A stretch of DNA of 64,000 nucleotides from a virus, in IMG/VR virus record IMGVR_UViG_3300043436_003324; one strand, 5' to 3'. This document shows, piece after piece, positions 9,911 through 21,300 of the stretch. Under the pieces are notes generated by a model that saw nothing but the letters and a program-made list of their open reading frames with translations, was not told the origin of the DNA and did no database searches. Both the position numbers and the translations under genes were made by a program. Position 1 is the stretch's first letter; each line of letters begins with the position of its first letter.

Positions 9911-10904
9911 AAAAACAGATTTCGGTTTATTAAAGAAGAAATTTTCCACGTCTGCAAAATATAAACCACAAAGATTTTTTGATCTTGGAGAGTCATTTTT
10001 AGACGCAGTTGGATTACCAGGTCCGGCGATGGGACATATTAATATGTTCTTGGGACATTCTGATACTGGTAAGACAACTGCCTTAGTTAAAACCGCAGTA
10101 GATGCACAAAAGAAAGGTATTCTTCCTGTGTTTATTATTACAGAACAAAAATGGAGTTTTGAACACGCAAAACTTATGGGATTTGAATGTGAAGAAGTTG
10201 TTGATGAAGAGACAGGAGAATTAGATTGGGACGGGTTTTACATATTCAATAATAACTTTAGTTATATAGAACAAATTACCGATTACATAAATTCTTTATT
10301 AGATGCACAAGAAAAAGGAGAATTAGATTATAGTTTATGTTTTATGTGGGATTCAGTTGGTTCTGTTCCTTGTAAAATGACTTTTGAAGGTAAAGGAGGT
10401 AAACAACATAATGCGTCTACTTTAGCTGACAAAATTGGTATGGGTATTAACCAACGTATTTCAGGATCACGTAAATCTGATTCTAAATTCGAAAATACAT
10501 TAATCATTGTAAACCAACCTTGGGTTGAATTACCTGATAATCCTTTTGGACAACCAAAAATTAAAGCAAAAGGTGGTGAAGCAATTTGGTTAAACTCATC
10601 ATTGGTATTCTTATTTGGAAATCAAAAAGGGGCTGGAACAACTAAAATCACGGCAACCAAAGACAAACGAACAATTAAATTTGCGTCGAGAACAAAGGTA
10701 TCTGTTATGAAAAACCACATCAACGGACTTGGGTTTGAAGATGGGAAAATAATTATAACACCACATGGATTTTTACCTGGAAAAGAGGCTTCTGAAGAGA
10801 AGGCTTCAATTGAACAATACAAAAAAGAATACGCTGAGTATTGGAAAGAAATTATCGGAGTTGATGGTGATTTTGATTTGAAAACAGAAAAAGAAGAATC
10901 ATAG
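9900..10904 (+). CDS. recA: RecA/UvsX-like recombinase
   Basis: Walker A GHSDTGKTT, Walker B FMWDSVGS, IIVNQ, KAKGGEAI, KNHING. Confidence 0.9.
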   Translation: MAIKKTDFGLLKKKFSTSAKYKPQRFFDLGESFLDAVGLPGPAMGHINMFLGHSDTGKTTALVKTAVDAQKKGILPVFIITEQKWSFEHAKLMGFECEEVVDEETGELDWDGFYIFNNNFSYIEQITDYINSLLDAQEKGELDYSLCFMWDSVGSVPCKMTFEGKGGKQHNASTLADKIGMGINQRISGSRKSDSKFENTLIIVNQPWVELPDNPFGQPKIKAKGGEAIWLNSSLVFLFGNQKGAGTTKITATKDKRTIKFASRTKVSVMKNHINGLGFEDGKIIITPHGFLPGKEASEEKASIEQYKKEYAEYWKEIIGVDGDFDLKTEKEES

Positions 10905-10927
10905 TAAGAACCCTGTAATTAACAGAA

Positions 10928-11944
10928 ATGACAAAAACGTTATTGGTTGACGGAAACAACCTATTAAAAATTGGATTTCACGGAGTAAAAGATTTCTTTA
11001 ATAAAGGAGAACACGTTGGCGGTATTTGGCACTTTCTAAATACCGTAAGACGTTTCCTTGAAGAAAATAACTACAATAAAGTGGTTGTATTTTGGGACGG
11101 AGAAACAAGTTCTTCACAAAGAAGATTGTTATACCCAAAATATAAATTAAACCGTAAATCCGTTAAACCCGAAGAATTTAGAGAAGAGTCCTTCTCAAAC
11201 CAAAAACAAAGGGTTAAACAATATCTTGAAGAAATGTTTGTAAGACAATTAGATGTTGAGAATTCGGAAGCCGATGATCTAATTGCTTATTATTGTCAGA
11301 TTTCTGAAGACGAGGATAAAACAATTTTTTCGTCAGATAGAGACCTCACACAACTTATTTCTGAAAAGGTAAGTATCTATTCGCCACAAGCAAAGAAGTA
11401 CTTTAAAAATGGGGATACAATCAAAATTGATCAAACAGAGATCCCACATTATAATGTTAAAACTTATAAGATATTAACCGGTGATAGTTCGGATAATATT
11501 GATGGTATCTTTTATCTTGGTGAAAAAACTTTTATAAAATTATTTCCTGAAATACTTGAAAAGGAAATTAGTTTTACCGATATTTTAACAAAGGGTGAAG
11601 AGTTACTTAAAGAACAAAAAGATAATATGGTTTTAAAAAATCTTTTAAGTGGAAAAACAAAGGAAGGGATATTTGGAGATGAGTTTTTTGTAATAAACGA
11701 AAAATTAATTGATTTATCAAAACCTTTAATTTCCGAAGAAGGAAAAGAATTAGTTCAGTCGTATTACTCAGAGTCATTGGATCCTGATGGAAGGGGTCAC
11801 AGGAACTTAATTAGAATGATGATGGATGACGGATTCTTTAAATATTTACCAAAGGGTGATGATGCTTGGGTTAATTTTTTAAAGCCATTTTTAAAACTAT
11901 CAAGAAAAGAAAAAACAAATTTTAGAAACAGAACAAAAAAGTAA
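10928..11944 (+). CDS. 5'-3' exonuclease / flap endonuclease (PolA N-terminal, T4 RNase H type)
   Basis: LLVDGNNL, VFWDGE, YPKYKLNR, EADDLIAY, SSDRDLTQL, LTGDSSDNIDG. Confidence 0.92.
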   Translation: MTKTLLVDGNNLLKIGFHGVKDFFNKGEHVGGIWHFLNTVRRFLEENNYNKVVVFWDGETSSSQRRLLYPKYKLNRKSVKPEEFREESFSNQKQRVKQYLEEMFVRQLDVENSEADDLIAYYCQISEDEDKTIFSSDRDLTQLISEKVSIYSPQAKKYFKNGDTIKIDQTEIPHYNVKTYKILTGDSSDNIDGIFYLGEKTFIKLFPEILEKEISFTDILTKGEELLKEQKDNMVLKNLLSGKTKEGIFGDEFFVINEKLIDLSKPLISEEGKELVQSYYSESLDPDGRGHRNLIRMMMDDGFFKYLPKGDDAWVNFLKPFLKLSRKEKTNFRNRTKK

Positions 11945-11946
11945 AA

Positions 11947-12396
11947 ATGAAAGAACAAGACGTAACTAAGTTAGAATTTTTGTTGATGTGTAATGACAAC
12001 ATCGTAGTACAAAGATTTTTTAATGTAAAAGGGTTTAATAAACACGCCCACAAATCGGAAGAGTTTTATGAGTATATAAGGACATTTTGTAATGACCTTA
12101 AGTATGATTTAAAAATGAGATCGGTAGTTTATATGTTGGAAAACAGATATGAGATTACTGAAAATCCAGATGTATTGAACACTTCAATTACAGAAGGACT
12201 TGAAAACTTTAACCTTTATGTTAAAGTTGATAACATGATAATTTGTCAGAGATCATTTGACGCTAAAGTGTACCCACCAAAGGTAAGATATACCGTAGAT
12301 CTACGGCCAAAGTTAAAACAGGTACTTACAGACCTAACTGACATTTTTTCAGGCAAAAAATTTAATTATTTCTACCCACAATTTATTCAAAAGTAA
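11947..12396 (+). CDS. Hypothetical protein (149 aa)
   Basis: Clean ORF between exonuclease and helicase. Confidence 0.75.
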   Translation: MKEQDVTKLEFLLMCNDNIVVQRFFNVKGFNKHAHKSEEFYEYIRTFCNDLKYDLKMRSVVYMLENRYEITENPDVLNTSITEGLENFNLYVKVDNMIICQRSFDAKVYPPKVRYTVDLRPKLKQVLTDLTDIFSGKKFNYFYPQFIQK

Positions 12397-12399
12397 GAG

Positions 12400-12406
12400 T
12401 ATTTAT
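12400..12406 (+). promoter_or_regulatory. TATTTAT motif upstream of helicase
   Basis: In the short intergenic gap, 23 nt before ATG 12430. Confidence 0.4.
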
Positions 12407-12429
12407 CATTACTAACAGAAAGAAAAACT

Positions 12430-13815
12430 ATGGCGACTAATAAAAATTTTGAATATCTCGGTAACAATTTTCAGATACAATTACTTAATCAAATCATTTT
12501 AGATAAAGAATTTTCTCACTCAATTATTGACGTTATTGAAAATAATTATTTTGAGAATAAGTACTTTAAGATTATCATTCAGATGGTAAAAGAGTATTAT
12601 ACAAAATACGAGCATACACCATCGTTTGATACCTTAGAACAAGTCGCAAAATCCGAATTACAACAAGAAACCGCAGTTAAAGTAGTTCTTGACACAATTA
12701 AAAAAATCAAGGACGCACCTATCGATGGTGTAGATTTCGTACAAGAAAAGGCACTTAAATTCTGTAAACAACAAGAGTTACAGAAAGTAATGAAAAAGGC
12801 ACAAAAAATCATAGACGGTGGTGAGTTTGAAAACTATGACACACTAGAAGAACTGGTTAGAGAAGCCCTACTTGTTGGGTCAAAAGACACTACAACAATG
12901 GATGTCTTCTCAAATTTAGACCAAGTCTTGGACGAGGATTACAGACACCCTATCCCAATGGGAATTCCAGGAATTGATAGGTTGTTAAAAGGAGGATTAG
13001 CAAAAGGTGAGATCGGTGTTATATTGGCACCAACAGGAGTAGGTAAGTCTACCATCCTCACAAAGATTTCAAATCACGCATTTAACTTAGGATTTAACGT
13101 TCTTCAAATATTTTTTGAAGACAACCCAAAAGTGATACAAAGGAAACATTTTACCCTTTGGACAAAGATTCACCCTGATGAATTATCAGAAAAAAAAGAA
13201 GAGGTGATGAATAAGGTAAAAGAAATCAAAGAAAAAATGCCAAACACATTAGATTTGAAAAAACTACCTTCAGATACTAAAACAATGACACAAATAAAGA
13301 ACGAAATCAGAAAAATGATTGCGGACGGAATTAAGATAGACATGATTGTTTTGGATTATATTGACTGTATCGTTCCTGATAAAAATTTGGGTGACGAATG
13401 GAAAAGTGAAGGTTCGGTTATGAGAGGATTTGAGGCTATGTGTCATGAATTAAATCTTGTTGGTTGGACCGCAACACAAGGTAATAGAGCATCTATATCT
13501 TCTCAAGTTGTTACAACCGATCAAATGGGAGGATCAATCAAAAAGGCTCAAGTAGGTCACGTTATTATTACAGTAGCAAAAACGTTACAACAAAAAGAAA
13601 TGAAATTAGCCACAATTGCAATTACCAAGTCTCGTGTCGGAGATGACGGTGTGGTTTTTGAAAATTGTAAATTTGATAACGCTATGATTGACATTGATAC
13701 CGAATCTACAACCACATTCTTAGGTCTTGAAGAACAAAAAGAAGAAAGACAAAGACAAAGGGTTAAAGAATTGTTAGAAAAAAGAAAAGAACGAGAGAAT
13801 CAAAAAACTGAATAA
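12430..13815 (+). CDS. dnaB: Replicative DNA helicase, DnaB/gp41-like
   Basis: Walker A APTGVGKS, IVLDYID, WTATQGNR, ITKSRVG arginine finger region. Confidence 0.92.
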   Translation: MATNKNFEYLGNNFQIQLLNQIILDKEFSHSIIDVIENNYFENKYFKIIIQMVKEYYTKYEHTPSFDTLEQVAKSELQQETAVKVVLDTIKKIKDAPIDGVDFVQEKALKFCKQQELQKVMKKAQKIIDGGEFENYDTLEELVREALLVGSKDTTTMDVFSNLDQVLDEDYRHPIPMGIPGIDRLLKGGLAKGEIGVILAPTGVGKSTILTKISNHAFNLGFNVLQIFFEDNPKVIQRKHFTLWTKIHPDELSEKKEEVMNKVKEIKEKMPNTLDLKKLPSDTKTMTQIKNEIRKMIADGIKIDMIVLDYIDCIVPDKNLGDEWKSEGSVMRGFEAMCHELNLVGWTATQGNRASISSQVVTTDQMGGSIKKAQVGHVIITVAKTLQQKEMKLATIAITKSRVGDDGVVFENCKFDNAMIDIDTESTTTFLGLEEQKEERQRQRVKELLEKRKERENQKTE

Positions 13816-13841
13816 AAATAAAATAATTAAATTTAAATAAT

Positions 13842-15701
13842 ATGGATATTTCACAAAAAATATTGAGTGATATTACAGTGTATATGAAATACGCTAAATT
13901 TGTTCCTGAATTAAATAGAAGGGAATCGTGGGAAGAATTGGTAACAAGAAACAAAGAAATGCACCAAAAAAAATACCCACAAATTAAAGAAGAAATTGAA
14001 AACGTATACAAAATGGTATATGATAAAAAAATTCTTCCATCAATGAGATCATTACAATTTGGAGGTAAACCGATTGAGATTTCACCAAATAGAGTTTATA
14101 ACTGTGCTTACCTACCTATTGACCATACGGATGCATTTTCGGAGACAATGTTCTTACTTTTAGGAGGTACAGGTGTAGGATTCTCGGTACAAAGACACCA
14201 CGTAGATAAACTACCAGAAATTAAAAAACCAAATCCAACAAGAACAAGAAGGTACTTAATTGGAGATTCAATTGAAGGATGGGCAGACGCAATTAAAGTA
14301 CTTATTGAGTCATATATGGGTACAAAAGCGTCAACCCCTGTGTTTGATTTTTCGGATATCCGACATAAAGGAGCCTTATTGGTTACTTCTGGAGGAAAAG
14401 CACCAGGACCTCAACCGTTAAAAGATTGTATCCACCACATAACAAAAGTTTTAAATAACAAAAAAGATGGTGAAAAATTAACATCAATTGAAACTCACGA
14501 TATTATATGTCATATTGCAGACGCAGTACTTGCAGGTGGTATTAGAAGAGCGGCACTTATCTCATTATTCTCGGCTGATGATGAAGAAATGATTTCTTGT
14601 AAGTCAGGTAATTGGTGGGAACAAAATGCACAAAGAGGTAGAGCAAATAACTCGGCAGTACTTCTTCGTCACAAAATTACAAAAGAATTCTTTATGGGTC
14701 TTTGGAAACGTATTGAGTTATCAGGAGCAGGAGAACCAGGAATCTATTTGTCAAACGATAAAGATTGGGGAACTAATCCTTGTTGTGAGATTGCACTTCG
14801 TCCTAACCAGTTTTGTAACTTATGTGAAGTAAATGCGTCTGATATTGAATCACAAGAAGATTTTGAACAAAGAGTTAAAGGGGCCGCATTCATTGGAACA
14901 TTACAAGCAGGTTATACTGACTTCCATTACCTAAGAGACGTTTGGAAAAGAACAACTGAAAAAGACGCACTTATTGGTGTTGGAATGACAGGAATCGGTT
15001 CGGGTGTTGTTTTAGGATATGATATGAAAGCGGCGGCTCAAGCCGTTAAAGAAGAAAATGAAAGGGTTGCAGGTCTTATTGGAATTAACAAATCTGCAAG
15101 ATCAACGACAGTTAAACCATCCGGAACCTCATCATTGGTATTGGGTACATCGTCAGGAATCCACGCTTGGCATAACGATTATTACCTAAGAAGAATCCGT
15201 GTAGGTAAAAATGAATCAATCTATAATTACTTGGCGATTAATCACCCTGAGTTGATTGAAGATGAGTTTTTCCGTCCTCACGATACTGCAGTTATTGGTA
15301 TACCACAAAAAGCTCCTGAAGGTGCTATCATAAGACACGAGTCAGTATTCCAAATGTTGGAAAGAGTTAAAAAAGTTGCACAAGAATGGATTAAACCAGG
15401 TCATAGAACAGGACAAAATACCCATAACGTATCGGCAACAGTTTCAATTAAAGAAGACGAATGGGAATTAGTTGGTGAATGGATGTGGGATAACCGTAAG
15501 TTTTATAATGGACTATCTGTATTACCTTATAACGGAGGAACTTATACCCAAGCACCTTTTGAAGATTGTACAAAAGAAGATTTTGATAGATTATTAAACA
15601 CATTAAAAGATGTGGATCTTACAAAAGTTATTGAGTTACAAGATAATACCGACCTTAGAGGGGAAGCCGCTTGTGCTGGTGGGGCTTGTGAAATAGTATA
15701 A
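13842..15701 (+). CDS. nrdJ: Class II (adenosylcobalamin-dependent) ribonucleotide reductase
   Basis: LPSMRSLQFGG, YNCAY, TNPCCEI active-site loop, TTVKPSGTSS, C-terminal ACAGGACEIV cysteine pair; no small subunit gene nearby. Confidence 0.9.
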   Translation: MDISQKILSDITVYMKYAKFVPELNRRESWEELVTRNKEMHQKKYPQIKEEIENVYKMVYDKKILPSMRSLQFGGKPIEISPNRVYNCAYLPIDHTDAFSETMFLLLGGTGVGFSVQRHHVDKLPEIKKPNPTRTRRYLIGDSIEGWADAIKVLIESYMGTKASTPVFDFSDIRHKGALLVTSGGKAPGPQPLKDCIHHITKVLNNKKDGEKLTSIETHDIICHIADAVLAGGIRRAALISLFSADDEEMISCKSGNWWEQNAQRGRANNSAVLLRHKITKEFFMGLWKRIELSGAGEPGIYLSNDKDWGTNPCCEIALRPNQFCNLCEVNASDIESQEDFEQRVKGAAFIGTLQAGYTDFHYLRDVWKRTTEKDALIGVGMTGIGSGVVLGYDMKAAAQAVKEENERVAGLIGINKSARSTTVKPSGTSSLVLGTSSGIHAWHNDYYLRRIRVGKNESIYNYLAINHPELIEDEFFRPHDTAVIGIPQKAPEGAIIRHESVFQMLERVKKVAQEWIKPGHRTGQNTHNVSATVSIKEDEWELVGEWMWDNRKFYNGLSVLPYNGGTYTQAPFEDCTKEDFDRLLNTLKDVDLTKVIELQDNTDLRGEAACAGGACEIV

Positions 15702-15711
15702 TAAAATTAAA

Positions 15712-15930
15712 ATGACAGTAAGTGCATCTAAAGATTGGATACAACAGTTATATGTTCGGGAGATAACAAAAAAATCTCCTGAACCTGACTTTTATAAGGA
15801 TAAAAACGGTAATATAGTAATGACAGAATCTTTTCATATGAAAAGGGGTAGATGTTGTGGAAACGGATGTTTACATTGTCCCTATGAACCTATGTCTGAA
15901 AGAGGAAACACAAGATTAAAGAATCACTGA
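15712..15930 (+). CDS. Small Cys-rich protein, DUF5522-like
   Basis: FHMKRGRCCGNGCLHCPY motif. Confidence 0.7.
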   Translation: MTVSASKDWIQQLYVREITKKSPEPDFYKDKNGNIVMTESFHMKRGRCCGNGCLHCPYEPMSERGNTRLKNH

Positions 15931-15948
15931 GAAATCAGTGATTTTTTT
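15922..15948 (+). terminator. Rho-independent terminator ending the replication operon
   Basis: Perfect 9-bp stem aatcactga / tcagtgatt, GAAA loop, T-run. Confidence 0.85.
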
Positions 15949-15973
15949 ATTTATATAAAATATCCGAATACTA

Positions 15974-15980
15974 TATTTAT
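15974..15980 (+). promoter_or_regulatory. Putative late promoter TATTTAT
   Basis: 5 nt before ATG 15986; a second copy lies at 15948-15954. Confidence 0.5.
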
Positions 15981-15985
15981 TAGAT

Positions 15986-16444
15986 ATGGCAAATGGTATA
16001 ACTTACGGGATTACTTTCCCTTTTAGGGATTCCTTTAACGGTAAATATTTAGATTTAACAGATTACGCTTCTGAAGAAGTTAGAACTAATCTTATACATT
16101 TATTATTAACAAGAAAAGGAAGTAGATATTATTTACCTGATTTTGGATCAAGATTATATGAATATATTTTTGAACCATTAGACGGACCAACATTTGCCGA
16201 AATAGAGGCTGAAATTAGAGATTCCGTTGAGGAATTCATGCCTGGGGTTTTAATTACTAATGTGTTAATTACAGACGCCTCAACAGAGTATGAAGACAAA
16301 GGTACTTTTATAAACGGTGAGGATCAAAGAGAGTTTACCGTACCAAACATTTCACAAAAAGAACATACTGCAAGAGTTAGGATTGATTATAAAATAACTT
16401 CCGACGCATTTAACAGTAGTGATTTCATTATTTTAAATATTTAA
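15986..16444 (+). CDS. Baseplate wedge protein, gp25/GPW-like
   Basis: NLIHLLLTRKGSRYYLPDFGSRLYEYIFEPLD is the gp25 family signature. Confidence 0.9.
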   Translation: MANGITYGITFPFRDSFNGKYLDLTDYASEEVRTNLIHLLLTRKGSRYYLPDFGSRLYEYIFEPLDGPTFAEIEAEIRDSVEEFMPGVLITNVLITDASTEYEDKGTFINGEDQREFTVPNISQKEHTARVRIDYKITSDAFNSSDFIILNI

Positions 16445-16448
16445 TAGT

Positions 16449-18290
16449 ATGGCAGATAAAAAAATATCATATACAACAAGGGATTTTCAAGGAGTTAGAA
16501 CAGAATTAGTTAATTACGTAAAAACTTATTATCCTGAATTAATACAAAATTTTAATGATGCTTCGGTATTTTCCGTTTTAATGGATTTAAATGCCGCAGT
16601 TGCCGACAACCTTAATTTTCAAATTGATAGAAGTATACAAGAGACTGTATTACAATACGCACAACAAAAGACTTCATTATTTAACATTGCAAGAACATAC
16701 GGTTTAAAAATACCTGGACAAAGACCATCAATATCATTAGTTGATTTTTCTATTGTTGTACCTGCGTTTGGAGATAAGGAAGATATAAGATATTGTGGTA
16801 TATTAAGAAGAGGTACTCAAGTAAATGGTGCAGGACAATCATATGAAACTGTGTATGATATAGATTTTTCATCTCAATATAATGGAGAAGGACAACCAAA
16901 TTCAAGAATAGTAAGGCCAAATATAGATTCAAATGGTACAATACAAAATTACACAGTAACCAAAAGAGAAGTAGTTCTTAATGGTTTAACTAAAGTTTTT
17001 AAAAGAGTTATAACACCTAACGATGTTAAACCATTTTTTGAGTTATTTTTACCTGAAAGAAATGTGTTGGGAGTAACTAGTGTCATTGTAAAAGACGGAT
17101 CACAATATAGTAACGTACCTTCAGATCAAGATTTTTTATCCCCTAATAACAGATTTTATGAAGTAAGGGCCTTAGTTGAAGACAGAGTTTTTGTTGAAGA
17201 TCCAACAAAACCTTCGGATGCTCCTGGCATTAAAATCGGTAGATACATTACAACAAGTGATAAATTTATTACAGAATATACCCCACAAGGTTTTATGAAA
17301 TTAACTTTTGGTGGTGGTAATAATTCTGCGGAAGAACAATTAAGGGAATTTGCAAGGAATGGACAATCAATTAACATAAACAAATACGTTAATAATTTAG
17401 GTTTAGGAAGTACACTTAAATCAAACTCAACATTGTTTATTCAGTATAGAATTGGTGGGGGAATATCAAGTAATGTCGGTGTTGGGGTTATTACTCAAGT
17501 ACAGAAAAGTAATTTCTTTGTTAACGGTCCTTCTGAGAGTCTTAATACAAGTACGTCAAACTCATTAAGTTGTACAAACCCGATTGCTGCGGTTGGTGGA
17601 GCGGCGGCACCAACATTAGAGGAGATTAGAAATTTTGTTTCTTTCAATTTCTCATCACAAAATAGAGCGGTAACGGTTAATGACTATGATTCATTATTAA
17701 GAAATATGCCTTCACAATTTGGGGCACCATCTAAAGTATCGATAGTAGAGGAAAATAACAAAATAAAAATAAAATTACTTTCTTATGACTCAAGTGGAAC
17801 ACTTACATCAGTAGTTCCAAACGCATTAAAAACTAATATTGCAAATTATTTATCAAACTATAGAATGATAAATGATTACATATCTGTAGAAAGTGCTAAT
17901 GTTATTGACTTAGGGTTTGATATTGCGGTGGTTTTAGATTCTTCACAAAGCCAGGGATCTATAATTGCAAAAATCATAGATATTGTATCTACATATATGT
18001 CACCAACGTCAAGACAATTAGGTCAAAATGTTAATATTTCTGAATTAAGAAGACTAATACAAGCGGAAAACGGAGTATTGTCAATATCGGATATACAGGT
18101 CTTTAACAAAGTTGGGGGGCAGTATTCTTCATCACAAACATCACAACCATATTCTAATCAATCAACAAAAGAAATTCAGTTGATATCTGACACTATTTTT
18201 GCCGACCCAACACAAATATACCAAGTTAGATTTGGAAACAAAGATATTAGAGTAAGTGTTGTTAATTTATCTTCAGTAACATATTCTTGA
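16449..18290 (+). CDS. Baseplate wedge protein, gp6/baseplate-J-like
   Basis: RDFQGVRTEL...NFNDAS, GGAAAPTLEEIR...SQNRAVTVNDY; follows gp25-like gene. Confidence 0.88.
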   Translation: MADKKISYTTRDFQGVRTELVNYVKTYYPELIQNFNDASVFSVLMDLNAAVADNLNFQIDRSIQETVLQYAQQKTSLFNIARTYGLKIPGQRPSISLVDFSIVVPAFGDKEDIRYCGILRRGTQVNGAGQSYETVYDIDFSSQYNGEGQPNSRIVRPNIDSNGTIQNYTVTKREVVLNGLTKVFKRVITPNDVKPFFELFLPERNVLGVTSVIVKDGSQYSNVPSDQDFLSPNNRFYEVRALVEDRVFVEDPTKPSDAPGIKIGRYITTSDKFITEYTPQGFMKLTFGGGNNSAEEQLREFARNGQSININKYVNNLGLGSTLKSNSTLFIQYRIGGGISSNVGVGVITQVQKSNFFVNGPSESLNTSTSNSLSCTNPIAAVGGAAAPTLEEIRNFVSFNFSSQNRAVTVNDYDSLLRNMPSQFGAPSKVSIVEENNKIKIKLLSYDSSGTLTSVVPNALKTNIANYLSNYRMINDYISVESANVIDLGFDIAVVLDSSQSQGSIIAKIIDIVSTYMSPTSRQLGQNVNISELRRLIQAENGVLSISDIQVFNKVGGQYSSSQTSQPYSNQSTKEIQLISDTIFADPTQIYQVRFGNKDIRVSVVNLSSVTYS

Positions 18291-18340
18291 TAATTTCCTT
18301 TTTTTATAAAAGGGTTATCCTTTTAAAATAGGAAATAAAC

Positions 18341-18347
18341 TATTTAT
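18341..18347 (+). promoter_or_regulatory. Putative late promoter TATTTAT
   Basis: 15 nt before ATG 18363. Confidence 0.5.
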
Positions 18348-18362
18348 CAAGAAAAGAAATTA

Positions 18363-21300
18363 ATGCCACATTCATATAGAATACGAACTAATATAGGTGT
18401 AGATAAATCTGTAAATTTAAAGTTTGATCAAGATTTTGACTTTATAGAAATACTATCACTTAAATTAACACAAGCAGAAATATACGAAAGAAGATGTGCC
18501 GATTATGGTGTTATTGCAGGTAGAGTTTCAGTTAATGGAGGATTCGGACTTGCAAACGCAAAGTTATCTGTTTTTATACCGTTAACAAATGAGGATGAGT
18601 TAAACCCAATTATAAGTGAATTATATCCTTACAAAACATTAAATAATAAAAATGAAGATGGGTATAAATATAATTTATTACCTAAATCTCCTGAGTATTT
18701 AGGTCACGTACCAACGGGTAGTTTCTTTGATAGAGACGAAGCAATTCTTGAAAGATCGGTAATAGAAGTTTATGACAAATATTATAAGTACACAGTAACA
18801 ACAAACGATAGTGGTGACTTTATGATTTTTGGGGTACCGACAGGACAACAAACCCTTGTCATGAACCTTGACCTTTCAAACATAGGATGTTTTTCATTAA
18901 CACCACAAGATTTAATAGATAGTGGATTTGCGGTTGAAAGTCAATTTAACGGTTCTAAGTTTAAATCATCAAACAATTTAAGTGAGTTACCACAAATTAT
19001 AACATTAGTTAAACAAGTTAATGTTGAACCATTATGGGGAGAACCTGATATTTGTTTCATTGGAATTACAAGACAAGATTTTGACTTGTCTGAAGAGATA
19101 AATTTAACCATAAAACCAACTGCGGTATTTATGGGGTCAATCGCAACTACTCAAGACGAACAGGCATTAAAAACAAATTGTAGAGTCCCATTGGCGGCAG
19201 GTACATTCTGTTCGTTAAACGCAGGACAAGGTAGAGTATCGGCAATAAGACAAACAATAAATATTGATGGAAATGGATACCCAGTACTCGAAGAGTATGA
19301 AATAGAACAAGGGGGTAAAATAATTGACGGTGACGGAACGTACCTATTAAAAGTCCCAATGAACTTAGATTATATTGTTACCGATGAGTTTGGTAATCAA
19401 GTTATTTCTTTGGACCCTACGGTAGGGATTCCAACAAAAGGCAAATACAGATTTAAAGTTAGTTGGCAAAATGACGGAGGAATCCAAAGCGAAATATTGA
19501 GAGCAAATTTCTTAGTTCCAAATATTAAAGAATATGGTTGGGCATCAACAACACCAACTGCGGATCCAACATTAGGAGTTCCTTTAAATTATTCGGTTTC
19601 AGTTCCTGGTACCACAACAAGTTTAAACCCGGCAATAGTATTACCCGCACAAACAGGTGGATTAATTTTACAATCTTATGTTAACTCTCAGGACGTTACT
19701 ATAACAATAAACGGTGTACCATATACAGGAAGTTTAAGTAGTATACCAATTAACACACCTGGGGCCAACATAGGAATAAACTCAAATGCGGTAGACACAA
19801 CTCAAACACAAAATTTTGAATTTACATTCTACGATCAAGCGGCGTACGATTCTTTTAGATCATACGCATTTAGTTTAGATTGGGACGATTATGGGGATTC
19901 CACAATGATTCAAGAGGCAATCAATTGTGAGGATAGATTTTTTGAACTTAATTATAATAAGGTTTATACTACCGCAATGTTTTTAGACCGTTATAAGAAC
20001 GGTATATCTAGAGCAAGACATTTAGGGATTAAAGAGATTGATGATAGGGAGTGTATTTCTAAAAATAATCCATTCCCTGTTAATGATGCAGTACAAAAAT
20101 TTGATTTTATATATTTCTTGGCGATGTTACTATTAAACATATTAACATTCCCAATATTAGTGGTATTATTTGTGGCTCACTTTGTCGCTTGGGCTTGGCC
20201 TGTTTTAAAATGGGTTTTAATTATATTATGTTTGTATTTTTTATACATACAAGTTAGAGAAACAATAGACGCGATACAATCAGCACTTGAAAGTGCGGCA
20301 ACGGCAATTCCAGGAGGTCCCGTATTTAATATTGGGGTAATACTTAGAACCGCTTGGCAAATATTACAGGCGGTATTTAAATTAGCCTTATATTTAGTTT
20401 TCTTTGCTTTTGTAATTGTGTTCATAATAAGATTAAAAGGTTTTCCTAGAATTGGATTACCTATGTTATCTTACCCTGAATGTAATGCCTGTTCATGTGA
20501 CTGTGGAAGTGCGGAAATTGATGATGATTTTGATATTAGTTCCGTAACCCAACAAGTAAATAATGAATATAATAACCAACAGTCAGAAGCCGGTAATCCC
20601 GCAACAACAACAACAGATAATACATTTTTAGCACCATTAAGTAGTCCCGCAACTTATTCGTTATCGGAACACCCTAACTACCCACAAATAAGTGAAAACG
20701 ACGATATTGGTGAAAATGATAAAGGTAATTTTTATTGTGGTGGATCATTACAATATAAATCTTTAATAAATAGGGTTAGTGATCAAGAAATTGTTGGAGA
20801 TGTCTTAACCCAAGCTTTATTAGATTATCAAAGAATATTTTCAGGTTATGATTTAATAGATTCTGTTAATCTTTATAAGTTACATGCCCCACAACCATTT
20901 CTATTTGCTGCCGAAAAAAGTGTCGGTAGTGATGAAAGATGGTTTGCGTATCCCACTAAAGAAACATACCCACAAAAGTTAAATGAATTTAATACAAGAG
21001 ATAAATACTTTAAAAACTCGCCTTCTGGAGGTGCAAACTCAGGGGTTAATAAAGTTCGTATTACGGTAAACCCAACCACAACCGCACCATTGGTTAGTCA
21101 ACCATATGAGGATCAAGTTTTGGTTGTTATTGCAAAGGCAGGAATGATACAACAATTAGGGATTGGGGAAGTTATATCATTCCAAGACCCTAAATTATCT
21201 GGAGGGTGGGTTAACTTAACAGGGGCCACTGAAAATCAATTTAATAATACCGCAATAACGGGTACAACAGTTACGGGGGATTCTGTTACACCAATAGTAA

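Noticed and set aside
18296-18325. Overlapping alternative hairpins (cctttt/aaaagg) upstream of the 1826-aa gene as an RNA switch
   Set aside because: Stems are short and A/T-rich, and such pairings are expected by chance at this base composition
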